NCBI GenBank assembly: GCA_965238075.1
Contig: OZ250173.1
Location: 3,008,001 to 3,072,000, forward strand
DNA: 64,000 nucleotides
Direction of reading: 5' to 3'
Source of the DNA: Candidatus Entotheonellaceae bacterium
Lineage (GTDB): Bacteria; Tectomicrobia; Entotheonellia; Entotheonellales; Entotheonellaceae
The notes below the pieces were generated by a model. It was not told the DNA's origin and did not search any database. It saw only the letters and a program-made list of their open reading frames with translations. Made by a program: the position numbers and the translations under genes. Shown piece by piece: positions 21,555 through 31,695 of this stretch; positions within the stretch are counted from its first letter, which is position 1; each line of letters begins with the position of its first letter.

Positions 21555-22483
21555 ATCGGCAACGGCATGAAGCACAAGATGAAGATGACAAGGGCGAGGC
21601 AGGCGACGGCCCGGCTGCGGAGGTCGAGCGTCGTGTAGGGGTCTATAACTGTCGGGTGGCGGCGGCTGACGAATAAGCCGATCAAGGCCCATATCCACCA
21701 GCCTTCCCACAGCACAAATCCCATGGCCACGAGCGCGGCAACGAGTGCCCAGGTGACGTAGCGGGCGCGTGCCCCCACCAAGGCGTAGACAATGTGCCCG
21801 CCGTCGAGTTGCCCCATGGGGAGCAGGTTGAACATCGTGACCAGGATGCCAAACCAGGCGGCCATGCCGACGCTGTTGAGGCTCAGCGTGGTCTCCGGCG
21901 GCAGCGAGCCGACCACGGCCCGGCTGATCATCTGCAGCAATAGCGGTTCTCCCAGCCTGAAGCCGAATCCCACCTGCGAATTCGTCACCACGTCGGAAGT
22001 CGCATAGCCGTAGAGCATGGCGGGCAGGGCCACGCAAAAGCCCGCGATAGGCCCGGCTGCGGCGACGTAAAGCAAGGCGCGCCGGTTGAGCGGCGGCGAT
22101 TTCATGCGGATGAAGGCGCCGAAGGTCCCCACTGGCGGAATCGGCGAGGGAATGAAGTACGGCAAAGTCACGTCCATTCCGTAGTAGCGGGCCGTCAGGT
22201 AATGCCCCATTTCGTGGCACAGGAGGATGGCCATGAGCGTAGCGGCGTAGGGCAGGCCGCGATAGAAGAGACCCGGCTGCGCCAATGGATTGAGGCCCTC
22301 CCACACCATGCCCGCCGCGACGGTTGTGAGCAGAGTGGCAAGAAATAGCAGCGCGTGCAGGATGTAGGACCGACGAGTGGGCACCGTTGCGACCATCGTG
22401 GGGATGGCCGTCCATTCGGGTCCCGAAGGATTCCAGGTGGGGCCAAGAGGCCGCGGCCATTGGGGAGAGTCAAAGGGGCGCAT
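21530..22483 (-). CDS. Site-2 protease (M50) family membrane metalloprotease
   Basis: HEMGH, AGP, NLLPMGQLDGGH. Confidence 0.92.
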
Positions 22484-22515
22484 GCGGGTACCTTCCGCGG
22501 CGAACCGTCCGGCGC

Positions 22516-23466
22516 TTACGACGCCAGGACGGGTGCGTTACGGCGCTCGAAACAGGGCATGATCTCTTGCGCGTAGAAGGCCAGTTGCCGAATGAGCTGG
22601 TCGGGCGGGCAGGCCGGCCACAGGGCGTACTTGGTCAGGCCGTGTTCGCAATACCGTTGCAGGATGTTGCGGCATTCGTCGGGCGTTCCCACGGCGCTGC
22701 GTTCGAGCATCATTTCCGGCGGCCGGCGAAGGTTGCCGGCAAAAGAGGCGGCGAAGTCACGCCGGGCCTTGTCGCCGTCCGGGTCGACGTGGCAGAAGAC
22801 AATGCTGCCGGACTCGATGTTCTCGGGCTGCCGTCCGTATTCCTGCGCAAAAGCGGCGATTTTTTCGATGCCCTCGGCGAATTCCTGCGGCGTGACGAAG
22901 GAGGCGAACCAGCCGTCGCCGACGCGCGCCACCCGTTTGAGCGCGGCGTCACTGCGCCCGCCGATCCAGATGTCGATTTTCTGTTGTGGGCGCGGGGTGA
23001 TAGTTACGTGCTCGAACTGGTAATGCTTGCCGTGGTGGGTGACGTCAGATTCCTGCCACAAGCGGCGCAGGATGGCGATGCTTTCGTCGGTCATGCCGCC
23101 GCGCGACTTGAGCGGCACTTTGAAGGCCTCGGCTTCCTGCTTATCGGCGCCGAGCCCGGCGGCCATGATCATGCGTCCGTTCGACAGGTAGGCCAGCGTG
23201 GCCACCTCGCGGGCCACCGCGATGGGGTGGCGGAGGGGCATCATCATGACGCTGGGGCCGAATTTGAGGCGCTGGGTGCGCGCCGCGATCGCCGCCATCA
23301 TGGGAACGATGGCCACCTCTTCGCGGTTTCCCATCATGTGGTCGCTGAGCCAGACGGAATCGACGCCCCAGGCTTCGGCTTTGTCGATGTACTCGAACAG
23401 CGTTGCGGCGTCCGGCATGCCCTGGTGCCACAGCCCCAGGCCAATGCCCATCTTGATGTTTGCCAT
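22516..23466 (-). CDS. LLM-class flavin/F420-dependent oxidoreductase
   Basis: DSVWLSDH, LRHPIAVAREVATL, IWIGG; GGAG RBS. Confidence 0.9.
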   Translation of the reverse strand: MANIKMGIGLGLWHQGMPDAATLFEYIDKAEAWGVDSVWLSDHMMGNREEVAIVPMMAAIAARTQRLKFGPSVMMMPLRHPIAVAREVATLAYLSNGRMIMAAGLGADKQEAEAFKVPLKSRGGMTDESIAILRRLWQESDVTHHGKHYQFEHVTITPRPQQKIDIWIGGRSDAALKRVARVGDGWFASFVTPQEFAEGIEKIAAFAQEYGRQPENIESGSIVFCHVDPDGDKARRDFAASFAGNLRRPPEMMLERSAVGTPDECRNILQRYCEHGLTKYALWPACPPDQLIRQLAFYAQEIMPCFERRNAPVLAS

Positions 23467-23533
23467 GCTTTTCTCCTGAAAAGGCGGCCATTGTAGCGGG
23501 TTGGCCGGGGTGTCGCAAACGGCGCCGGGCCAT

Positions 23534-24262
23534 TCATGCTGTGGAGCGGGACAGTTCCCGAACGTGCGGCTCGCCGTCGATGAGCTCGCCCACCAGTACC
23601 AGGTCGGCGAGGCCCACGAACAGGCCGTTTTCGACAACGCCGGGGATGTTGTTCAAAGTCCGTTCGAGGTGCGCGGGGTCGTCAATGGCATCGAAGGTGA
23701 CGTCCAGCAGCATGTTGCCCTGGTCGGTGATCAGAGGGCCTACTTTCTTCGCGCCCATGCGCAGTTGAGGGTGGCCGCCCAAGCGCTCGATGGCGCGCGT
23801 TACGGGTACGACGGCCATCGGCAGCAGCTCGACGGGCACGGCGAACGTGGAGCCGAGACGCTGCACCAGTTTCTTGTCATCGACGATGACGATGAACAGA
23901 TCGGCGTGGGCGTCGATGATCTTTTCCTGGGTATGGGCCGCGCCACCGCCTTTGACCAATGCCAGGTGCGGGTTCACCTCGTCGGCGCCGTCGATGGCGA
24001 CGTGGATTCGGGGAGTGTCGTCCATGGTAGTGAGGGGAATGCCGTTGCGTCTTGCCAGGTTGGCGGCGTCGAAAGACGTGGGAACGCCTCGAACGTCCGT
24101 GAGGTCGCCTGTTCGCAAACGCTGCCCGAGATGCTCGATGGCGAACGCCGCGGTGGAGCCGGTGCCGAGTCCCACCACACTGCCGGACGCCACGCGGGCA
24201 GCGGCGGCCTGTCCGACGGCGCTTTTCAGCAGTTGCTGGGTGTCGGGGTTGCTGTCGTTCAT
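23534..24262 (-). CDS. rpiA: Ribose-5-phosphate isomerase A
   Basis: [25 protein letters not shown]. Confidence 0.97.
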   Translation of the reverse strand: MNDSNPDTQQLLKSAVGQAAAARVASGSVVGLGTGSTAAFAIEHLGQRLRTGDLTDVRGVPTSFDAANLARRNGIPLTTMDDTPRIHVAIDGADEVNPHLALVKGGGAAHTQEKIIDAHADLFIVIVDDKKLVQRLGSTFAVPVELLPMAVVPVTRAIERLGGHPQLRMGAKKVGPLITDQGNMLLDVTFDAIDDPAHLERTLNNIPGVVENGLFVGLADLVLVGELIDGEPHVRELSRSTA

Positions 24263-24354
24263 GGTTGTTTCCTCTGCATCATGGCGGTTTGCCTTCGGCG
24301 TTCCGGCGCTCCTAGAATACCCTATCCGCTACCTGTACCTGGAGACGAAAAACC

Positions 24355-25494
24355 ATGCACCCCTCTGACGATCCGCAACGCTCCGCCTACGAGTCCGTCA
24401 GGCGCTGGCGCCTGTGGGCTTTGGGGCTTCTCCTTCTTGCGCTTGTCTGGTTGCTCGTGAACCGCTTCGATTTCGACGTGTACGACCCCGACGCGGTGCC
24501 GCGGGCTATCACACCGCGGGGCGAATTGGCGCAGGACGAGCAGACCACGATTGAGCTGTTCCGCAATGCCTCGCCGTCCGTCGTTTACATCACCACGGTG
24601 GCGCTGCGGACGGATCGCTACAGCCTCAACATGTTCGAAATTCCGCAGGGTACCGGATCGGGGTTCGTGTGGGACGACGAGGGGCACATCATCACGAATT
24701 TTCACGTCATTCAAGGCGCCAGCGCCGCCCGGGTAACTCTGGCGGACCACACGACGTGGGAGGCGCGCCTGGCCGGTGCGGCGCCCGATCAGGACCTTGC
24801 TGTGCTGTACATCAACGCGCCGAGCCATCGCCTGCGCCCGATTGCGGTCGGCACCTCCACCGGTCTGCAGGTTGGGCAGAAGGTGTTCGCCATCGGCAAC
24901 CCGTTCGGGCTGGATCAAACGCTGACGACGGGCATCATCAGCGCGCTGGGACGGGAGATCACCTCGGTTACGGGACGGACGATCACGGGCGTCATTCAGA
25001 CGGACGCGGCGATCAATCCGGGCAATTCGGGCGGCCCGTTGCTGGACAGCGCCAGCCGGCTGATCGGCGTCAACACGGCAATTTACAGCCCGTCGGGTTC
25101 CAGCGCCGGCATCGGTTTTGCGGTGCCGGTGGATACCGTCAATCGGGTTGTGCCGCAGTTGTTGCGTCACGGCAGGGTCGTGCGTCCGGGCATCGGTGCG
25201 CGCTTTGCCGACGACGACACAGCGCGGCGGCTGGGCCTGTCCGGCGTTCTGGTACTCGACGTGATCGAGTCCGGCGCCGCGGAGGCCGCCGGGCTGCGGG
25301 GCACCGGACGCGACGCGCAAGGCAGGTTGGTTCTGGGTGATGTCATTGTGAGCGTGGAGACGTACCCGGTGGCATCCCTGAACGATTTCCACGACGCCTT
25401 GGCGGCCTTCGAGGTGGGCGCTGCCGTACAGGTGACCTTCATCCGCAACGCCCAGCGCCGCAGCATGCCGGTAACCCTCCAGGCGTTGCAGTGA
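24355..25494 (+). CDS. HtrA/Deg-family serine protease with PDZ domain
   Basis: GSGF, TNFHV, QTDAAINPGNSGG; N-terminal TM helix. Confidence 0.94.
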   Translation: MHPSDDPQRSAYESVRRWRLWALGLLLLALVWLLVNRFDFDVYDPDAVPRAITPRGELAQDEQTTIELFRNASPSVVYITTVALRTDRYSLNMFEIPQGTGSGFVWDDEGHIITNFHVIQGASAARVTLADHTTWEARLAGAAPDQDLAVLYINAPSHRLRPIAVGTSTGLQVGQKVFAIGNPFGLDQTLTTGIISALGREITSVTGRTITGVIQTDAAINPGNSGGPLLDSASRLIGVNTAIYSPSGSSAGIGFAVPVDTVNRVVPQLLRHGRVVRPGIGARFADDDTARRLGLSGVLVLDVIESGAAEAAGLRGTGRDAQGRLVLGDVIVSVETYPVASLNDFHDALAAFEVGAAVQVTFIRNAQRRSMPVTLQALQ

Positions 25495-25609
25495 AGAACA
25501 GGGGATTCGGCTTGCCGCGCGTGCGCCGGCGTCGGACGGAATCATGGTTTCGTTTGCGCTGCGCTGATCCGTAAGAGGAGATAGGCTCTTCAGTAGCCTG
25601 GGTGAGAGA

Positions 25610-26371
25610 TTAAATACCCGTAGGCGTTTGGGCGGATAGCTTGATATCGAAAGCGGCAGGTTTATCTTCCCCGAACCGAATAACTGATTTTTCCCGGAAT
25701 GATACCGGAATGTCCAACTGCCGCCAGCCTGTTGATTCTTCTTGAACTGCTTCAATCCGTGTCAGGACTTCTTCATCAACGTCATTCCTGATGTGGAAGA
25801 AGACGTTGTTTGGCCGACTCTCACATTCAATAAATCCATACCCCTTTTCTTTATTAAAGTTGATGATCTTCCCCTGCAACAACTCTTCGCTGAGCGTCAC
25901 GGCTCGCGGAGATTTGATGGTTTTTTCCATGTCTTGCAAGCGTCGGATATTCTCATCGAGATCGAAGAACTCGAAAGAGAAGTTGCGGGTCAGCCGTAAA
26001 CCAACAACGCGACGATACTTGTAGGCACGATTGAACACCAGCGTCAAGAGTGCGGCATAGACCAGCGTGGCAGCGCCCTGTTCAATATCAGCCGTAGGGT
26101 CGGATTCCAAATACACCGCTTTAGGAACGATGATGTTTTTCTTTTGAACGTAAGCGAAGTCACGCTGCTTTGTCACATCGTCTTTATTGGCCGTTATTTG
26201 TATGCCGATATGCTCCGGTAGCCGTGCCACATCTCGAAAGCCGTTCACGATGAAGTCGAGCTTGTACTGGTGATCGTACGTTTGATCGTAGTAGATACGG
26301 CATCCCAACGCTTCAAGTTTGGTGCGTAGACGTTCCTCAAAGTTGATCCCGTGAATGAAAGGACGATTCAT
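25610..26371 (-). CDS. Putative PD-(D/E)xK-like nuclease domain fused to a cold-shock domain
   Basis: C-terminal GKIINFNKEKGYGFI...VFFH (RNP1/RNP2); N-terminal GxxFE...LDF...IQIT; AAGGAG RBS. Confidence 0.7.
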   Translation of the reverse strand: MNRPFIHGINFEERLRTKLEALGCRIYYDQTYDHQYKLDFIVNGFRDVARLPEHIGIQITANKDDVTKQRDFAYVQKKNIIVPKAVYLESDPTADIEQGAATLVYAALLTLVFNRAYKYRRVVGLRLTRNFSFEFFDLDENIRRLQDMEKTIKSPRAVTLSEELLQGKIINFNKEKGYGFIECESRPNNVFFHIRNDVDEEVLTRIEAVQEESTGWRQLDIPVSFREKSVIRFGEDKPAAFDIKLSAQTPTGI

Positions 26372-26603
26372 TGAGATATCTCCTTCGTGTTACACACCAA
26401 AGAGGACAATATCTCGCGCCTGGGACCAGGGTCGGGCAAACGGAATTTTGCAATTGTCACAGAGCGGGGGTTAGCTCAGGACGGCTAGAATAGCAGAGCG
26501 CTTTTAGGGGCGCAAATGCCTCGCGAGCAAGCGGGGAAGGAGGGTGTTTGCAGACGTTTCCGGGTCCGTGGGAGTGTTAGGAACTCCGTTGCGTTGCGGC
26601 AAA

Positions 26604-26632
26604 TTGACAGGGCCATGTGGGTTCTCTACATT
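26604..26632 (+). promoter_or_regulatory. Putative sigma70 promoter
   Basis: TTGACA-17nt-TACATT. Confidence 0.55.
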
Positions 26633-26676
26633 GGCGGTTTTGACGTTTCCTCAGAGCAGAGGGAAACTAAAGGCTT

Positions 26677-27813
26677 TTGACTTTCTCGAAGTGGGGGAGT
26701 GGTGTGAATCATAGCAGGTCAGGATGGATGATTGGCGCGGCATTGGGTTTGGTTCTTATGCTGGGTAGCGATGCGTGGTCGCAGGATATGCAGTCGTTTG
26801 ATCTACCGGCGTGTGCCCGTGATGCTGCGACGGACGTAGTGCTGAATGACCGGGTGCTGGATGCCATGATTGAGGCGGCTGCCACCGGGGTTCGACCGGA
26901 CCGCCAACAAGAGAAATTCTTCATCGTGTTGCAGCATTATCTGGGCTCGAGCGGGAACCTGTTGTTCGTCTCCCGAACGGCGGGCGAGGGACTCGTTTTA
27001 TGGCGGGAAGATTGCGAGCCGGATCCTAGCGCCGACACCCACGTGCAAGCCTATGTGAGCGGTCTGACGGCGCAGCAACAACTCGCCTTGGTGACCTACC
27101 GCGACTTGGTGGCGACGTTTGACGTGGAGCCCGCGGCGTCCGAGATGCCGTTAATGCCGTCAATGGGAGACATGGTGCGCATTCCGGCCGGCGCCTTTCA
27201 GCGCGGCGACGGCACGACGGCGGCGCTGGAGGCATTCGCCATAGACGTGTACGAGGTGACCAATGCCGAATACCAGCGCTTCATCGCCGGCGGTGGGTAT
27301 GCCGAGGCCAGCTACTGGCTGCCGGAAGGGTGGGCTTGGCGCGAAAGCAAGAAACGTGAGCAGCCCAGCTATTGGAACAACGAGGATTTCAACGCCGCCC
27401 AGCAACCCGTGGTTGGCGTATCGTGGTATGAGGCGGACGCGTATTGCCGCTGGGCCGGCAAGTCGCTTCCCGAGGAGCCGCAGTGGGACAAAGCATGCCG
27501 GGGCATTGACGGCCGCGCCTTTCCGTGGGGCAGCGAGCCGCTTGCGGGGGAGGGAACCGGGCAGTCGTCCTTCATCCTGCCGGTTGCCGTGGGGGACATG
27601 CCTCAGACAGCGAGTCCGTACGGCGTCTACGATCTGGCCGGTAACGTTTTGGAGTGGAGCGGCACGACGAACGACCGGGGCGGCCGCGTGTTGTGCGGCG
27701 GCTCCGGCGCCAGCGATTCGCGTCACGTCGGTTGTGGGGTGCGGTCGGTCCTTTTACCGGGTGTTTCGGCGAACTTCGTCGGGTTTCGCTGCCAGCAGGC
27801 CGCGGCTCAATAA
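26677..27813 (+). CDS. Secreted FGE-sulfatase (SUMF1-fold) domain protein (start uncertain)
   Basis: YEVTNAEY, PVVGVSWYEA, SPYGVYDLAGNVLEW, GFRC; signal peptide. Confidence 0.85.
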   Translation: MTFSKWGSGVNHSRSGWMIGAALGLVLMLGSDAWSQDMQSFDLPACARDAATDVVLNDRVLDAMIEAAATGVRPDRQQEKFFIVLQHYLGSSGNLLFVSRTAGEGLVLWREDCEPDPSADTHVQAYVSGLTAQQQLALVTYRDLVATFDVEPAASEMPLMPSMGDMVRIPAGAFQRGDGTTAALEAFAIDVYEVTNAEYQRFIAGGGYAEASYWLPEGWAWRESKKREQPSYWNNEDFNAAQQPVVGVSWYEADAYCRWAGKSLPEEPQWDKACRGIDGRAFPWGSEPLAGEGTGQSSFILPVAVGDMPQTASPYGVYDLAGNVLEWSGTTNDRGGRVLCGGSGASDSRHVGCGVRSVLLPGVSANFVGFRCQQAAAQ

Positions 27814-28637
27814 GCCTGTCCCATGTAGGCCGGGTTGAGATGTCCCATGCCGCCGTCCACGCTGATCACCTGACCGGTGACGAAATCCGACAGGTCCGTG
27901 GCGAGAAATTCAATCACCTTGGCGCAATCCTCGGACCGGCCGATGCGGCCCATGGGAATCTGCGTGACCAGCTCGTCCTGAATTTTTCCCAGCCCGCCCA
28001 TCCAATTGACGGTTGCCACGTATCCGGGTGCGATGGCGTTGACGTTGATGCCGTATGACGCGAGTTCCAGGGCCAGCGCGCGGGTCAGTTGAATGACACC
28101 GGCTTTCGCTACGGCGTAGGGGGCGAGCATCGGCATCAATGGCCGCAAGCCGGCTACCGAGGCGACGTTGATGATCTTGCCGCGGCGGCGCTGTTGCATG
28201 TGACGGCCGACGGCACGGCAACACAAGAAGGCCGAGTGCAGGTTTTTCGCCATTACTGTGTCCCAGACTTCGGGTGGGCACTGGGTTACGCTTTGGCTGC
28301 CGCGCCCGCCGCCGGCGTTGTTGATCAGAATGTCGATGTGACCGAACGAGGATAGAGCTTCGTCCACCATCCGCTCGACCGCGGTCTCGCAGGTGACATC
28401 GGCGGCAATGCCGATGGCTTGCCGTCCCAGGTGGCGGATTTCTTCCGCCACCGAGCCGGCTGTCAGGGGTTCGCCGACCTGTTCGGCGGAAGCCAGATCG
28501 ACGTCATTGACGACGATGTCGGCGCCCAATTGCGCCAGCCGCAGCGCGTAGGCTCGTCCCAACCCGCGTCCCGCCCCGGTTATCAAGGCCACTTGCCCCC
28601 GCAAACGCGGCGGGAAATACTCCGCATCGGTTTCCAT
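27807..28637 (-). CDS. SDR family oxidoreductase
   Basis: TGAGRGLG, NNAG, YAVAK. Confidence 0.92.
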   Translation of the reverse strand: METDAEYFPPRLRGQVALITGAGRGLGRAYALRLAQLGADIVVNDVDLASAEQVGEPLTAGSVAEEIRHLGRQAIGIAADVTCETAVERMVDEALSSFGHIDILINNAGGGRGSQSVTQCPPEVWDTVMAKNLHSAFLCCRAVGRHMQQRRRGKIINVASVAGLRPLMPMLAPYAVAKAGVIQLTRALALELASYGINVNAIAPGYVATVNWMGGLGKIQDELVTQIPMGRIGRSEDCAKVIEFLATDLSDFVTGQVISVDGGMGHLNPAYMGQAY

Positions 28638-28710
28638 TTCCACTCCTTTCCTCGTTTTCAATACGGCACTCGCCGTTGTCGACACCAGATGGCTGGCGGT
28701 GGTCCGGGAT

Positions 28711-29880
28711 TCAACCGCACCCGCGCGACCCCAGGCGTGAGAGGCGATGCTCGGCCTGGCTGTGCAGGTTGTCGACGTCGCGTTCTCGCAGCAAGGTGCA
28801 GTAGAGCTGGCGAGCGGTTTCGACCGACCCGCGCTGCTCGTACAGGGTTGCCAGGTAGAACTTCGCCCACAGGCTTTCGTCCCGGGCTGTGCGCGGGTCG
28901 TTATTGATGGCGCCGCGAAACGCCTCGAAAGCCAATTCAGGCTGATTGGTGTCGAGCAGGGCCCGGCCCCAGGTGTAATACAAGTCAAACCGTTCATCCG
29001 TACCGACGAGGGTCTCAGGCCGCTCCGCCAGGGTCGTTGCCAAGGCGCTCAGCGTGGCGGCTGCTTGCGCTTTATCGCCGTGCTCGAACTGGCTGCGTCC
29101 GGTCAGCAGACTGAAGTGGCCGTTGCCGGGATACGCCTGGCGCAACGACTGGCCGAGGGCGATGGCTTCTGGGTAGCGCTTCTCCACGACGTACAGTTGG
29201 AGCAGGAACGTCCGCGCCAAATCCTGGCTGAATCGTCCGGTCTCGGCGGCGCGCCGGAAATGATGGACGGCGTCCTCGGGACCTTGCAGGGCGATGCCGC
29301 CCAGCAAGCGCTGCACCAGAGATGGGACGCCATCCCCGACGAAGTAAAGCATCCCCAGACCCAGATGGGCATCGCTCATGGCCTCGTGGGACAGGAGTGA
29401 TTTTTCCAGCCGTGAACGTCCTTGCGCGGCGAGTTGCAGTGGGGTCCATGGCGCATCCTGCTGCGGCAGCAGGGCATCAAAAACGGCGGCCAGTCCCACG
29501 AGCAATTGCAACCGGCCTTGGCGGGGCGACTCGGCGAGTTGCCGCTGACCATCTTGCAGAATTTGCGCGAAAAGCTTGCGCGCGGTGACATGTGCCGGGG
29601 GGCGCTGGCGGGTTTGCCAATGCGTTTGCAGATAGGCTATGATGCCCCGCGTCAATTGCGTTTCAAGGGTTTCTCGGCCATCCGGTTCCGCACGGCTGAC
29701 GGCGTCGTGAGCCTGGACAAAACGCAGGTGCAACGCCTCCTGCACGGCGCCTCTCATGATGCCGAAAGGTAGCTCGGGGGCGGCCTCGTGGGCATCGGCG
29801 AGGCCCAGTTCCGCCGCGCCGGGCCGCAGGCACAGGAACAGCGCAAGAATTGCCAAAAAGGTTCGACGGCGCCGTTTCAT
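28711..29880 (-). CDS. Exported tetratricopeptide-repeat protein
   Basis: Signal MKRRRRTFLAILALFL; TPR-like helices (DAHLGLGMLY, YYTWGRAL, FYLATLY). Confidence 0.75.
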   Translation of the reverse strand: MKRRRRTFLAILALFLCLRPGAAELGLADAHEAAPELPFGIMRGAVQEALHLRFVQAHDAVSRAEPDGRETLETQLTRGIIAYLQTHWQTRQRPPAHVTARKLFAQILQDGQRQLAESPRQGRLQLLVGLAAVFDALLPQQDAPWTPLQLAAQGRSRLEKSLLSHEAMSDAHLGLGMLYFVGDGVPSLVQRLLGGIALQGPEDAVHHFRRAAETGRFSQDLARTFLLQLYVVEKRYPEAIALGQSLRQAYPGNGHFSLLTGRSQFEHGDKAQAAATLSALATTLAERPETLVGTDERFDLYYTWGRALLDTNQPELAFEAFRGAINNDPRTARDESLWAKFYLATLYEQRGSVETARQLYCTLLRERDVDNLHSQAEHRLSRLGSRGCG

Positions 29881-30019
29881 ATTCGCCTCCACATGCCATC
29901 CGTGTCCGCAACCTAGCTCGGTCATTTATTATAGACAGGTGATGCCGAAGGGGAAACCCAGCGGCGGAGCCGGTATTGTATGCTCTTCCGCGGCCGCCAT
30001 TCTCCGGGACGCTCCGATC

Positions 30020-30247
30020 ATGATGAAAACGTGCCCCCTGTGTCAGACGGAGATGCCCGAGCGCTACAATTATTGCTACCAATGCGGCGAGCATGTTGGC
30101 GAGACGGCGGCGCTGCCGGTTGACGTCGACCCGCAGGTCGCCGAGACGCAACGGCGCCAGGAATGGGTTATCCAATACGGCTGCTTAACGCTCATCATCG
30201 TCTGGACAATCTTCGGGTTGTGGTTTTTCTTCAACATGAACCGTTAA
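30020..30247 (+). CDS. Small zinc-ribbon protein with C-terminal TM helix
   Basis: CPLC...CYQCG plus hydrophobic tail. Confidence 0.75.
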   Translation: MMKTCPLCQTEMPERYNYCYQCGEHVGETAALPVDVDPQVAETQRRQEWVIQYGCLTLIIVWTIFGLWFFFNMNR

Positions 30248-30283
30248 CGGGCGGACCCTTATCTGGGTCTCGGAGTTAGGGCT

Positions 30284-30535
30284 GTGCGACAAACACCGGA
30301 TGAAGCGTGGAAGAAAATCCACACGGCTTTCAATGATGCGGAACTGCACCTGATTACGGGCATCCTGGCCGGGGAGGGGCTGGAGTGGCGTATCAAGTCC
30401 CGGCGGGTGCCGCAACTGCCGATGTCGCACGGGGCGCTGGGGGAAATGGAAATCTACGTGCCTGAAGCCGATGCCCCGTTCGCCCAGCGTATCTTGTTGA
30501 TTTATCGCAACGCTTCGGCGGCTGGCGACACATGA
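30284..30535 (+). CDS. DUF2007-like putative signal-transducing protein
   Basis: ELHLITGILAGEG...EIYVPEADA pattern; GGAG RBS. Confidence 0.75.
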   Translation: MRQTPDEAWKKIHTAFNDAELHLITGILAGEGLEWRIKSRRVPQLPMSHGALGEMEIYVPEADAPFAQRILLIYRNASAAGDT

Positions 30536-31695
30536 CGGAGGCTACCATGCAGACGTATGACGTGATCGTTGTCGGTGTCGGGGGGATGGGCAGTGCGGCG
30601 GTGTATCACCTGGCGACACGGGGCCAGCGGGTTCTGGGCCTTGAACAGTACGACATTCCGCACCAGCAGGGATCGTCTCACGGCATCTCGCGGATCATCC
30701 GCATGGCGTACTACGAGCATCCGTCATACGTGCCGCTCTTGCACCGCGCTTACGAGCTGTGGTGGGCACTGGAGCGGACCGTCCAGGAGCGCCTGTTGCA
30801 CGTCACCGGCGCATTGAACATCGGCACCGAAGCGGGCGACGTATTCACCGGGGCGGTGAAGTCAGCGCAGGAGCACAACCTGGCACACGAAATTCTGGAG
30901 GCCGAGGCGGTTCGACGGCGATTCCCCGGCTACGGGGTGCAGGCGCCGCTGATGGCTCTGTACGAGCCCCAGGCCGGACTTCTGGCGGCTGAACGGTGCA
31001 TCGTGGCGCACGTGACGGCGGCCCTGCAACACGGCGCCGAAGTCCACGGCCGCGAGACCGTTGAGGGTTGGGAGACCAGCGATGCCGGCGTGCAGGTCCG
31101 AACCAATCGCGGCGTCTATCAGGCCGAGCGTCTGGTGTTGACGGCCGGCGCTTGGACCCATCGGCTTCTGGCGCCCTACCACGGCGTGCTGCAACCGGAG
31201 CGGCAGGTGCTGATCTGGATGCAGCCGCGCGTGCCGAGCGCCTTTCACATGGCCGCGTTTCCGGTTTTCATTTTGGATGTCGAGGAGGGGCGCTTTTACG
31301 GCATGCCGATCTACGGCATCCCCGGCTTCAAGATTGGCCGTTTTCACCATTTGGAACAGCTCGTGGACGACCCTGCCACCATGGACCGGGGCTTTCACCC
31401 TGAGGACGAAGACCTGCTGCGCGGCCTTGTACGGCGCTATTTTCCGGACGGCGAAGGTCCGATTTTGTCCACGGCCACCTGTATGTTCACCAACTCCCCC
31501 GACGGGCATTTCGTCATCGACGTTCACCCCGAAGACCCGCGAGTGGTGTTCGCTGGGGGCTTTTCAGGACACGGCTTCAAATTCTGCCCCGTCATCGGCG
31601 AAATCCTGGCCGACCTGGCTGAGGACGGCGCCACTCGGCACGATATTTCCCTGTTCAGCGCCGCGCGCCTGGCCCCTTCCGCCGTCGAGAAATAG
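30532..31695 (+). CDS. solA: N-methyltryptophan/sarcosine oxidase
   Basis: GVGGMG, GSSHGISRIIR, TCMF (FAD-attachment Cys), FSGHGFKF. Confidence 0.9.
   Translation: MTEATMQTYDVIVVGVGGMGSAAVYHLATRGQRVLGLEQYDIPHQQGSSHGISRIIRMAYYEHPSYVPLLHRAYELWWALERTVQERLLHVTGALNIGTEAGDVFTGAVKSAQEHNLAHEILEAEAVRRRFPGYGVQAPLMALYEPQAGLLAAERCIVAHVTAALQHGAEVHGRETVEGWETSDAGVQVRTNRGVYQAERLVLTAGAWTHRLLAPYHGVLQPERQVLIWMQPRVPSAFHMAAFPVFILDVEEGRFYGMPIYGIPGFKIGRFHHLEQLVDDPATMDRGFHPEDEDLLRGLVRRYFPDGEGPILSTATCMFTNSPDGHFVIDVHPEDPRVVFAGGFSGHGFKFCPVIGEILADLAEDGATRHDISLFSAARLAPSAVEK

Noticed and set aside
26464-26500. GCGGGGGTTAGCTCAGGACGGCTAGA resembling a tRNA 5' end
   Set aside because: No anticodon stem, TTCG T-loop or matching acceptor 3' strand follows.
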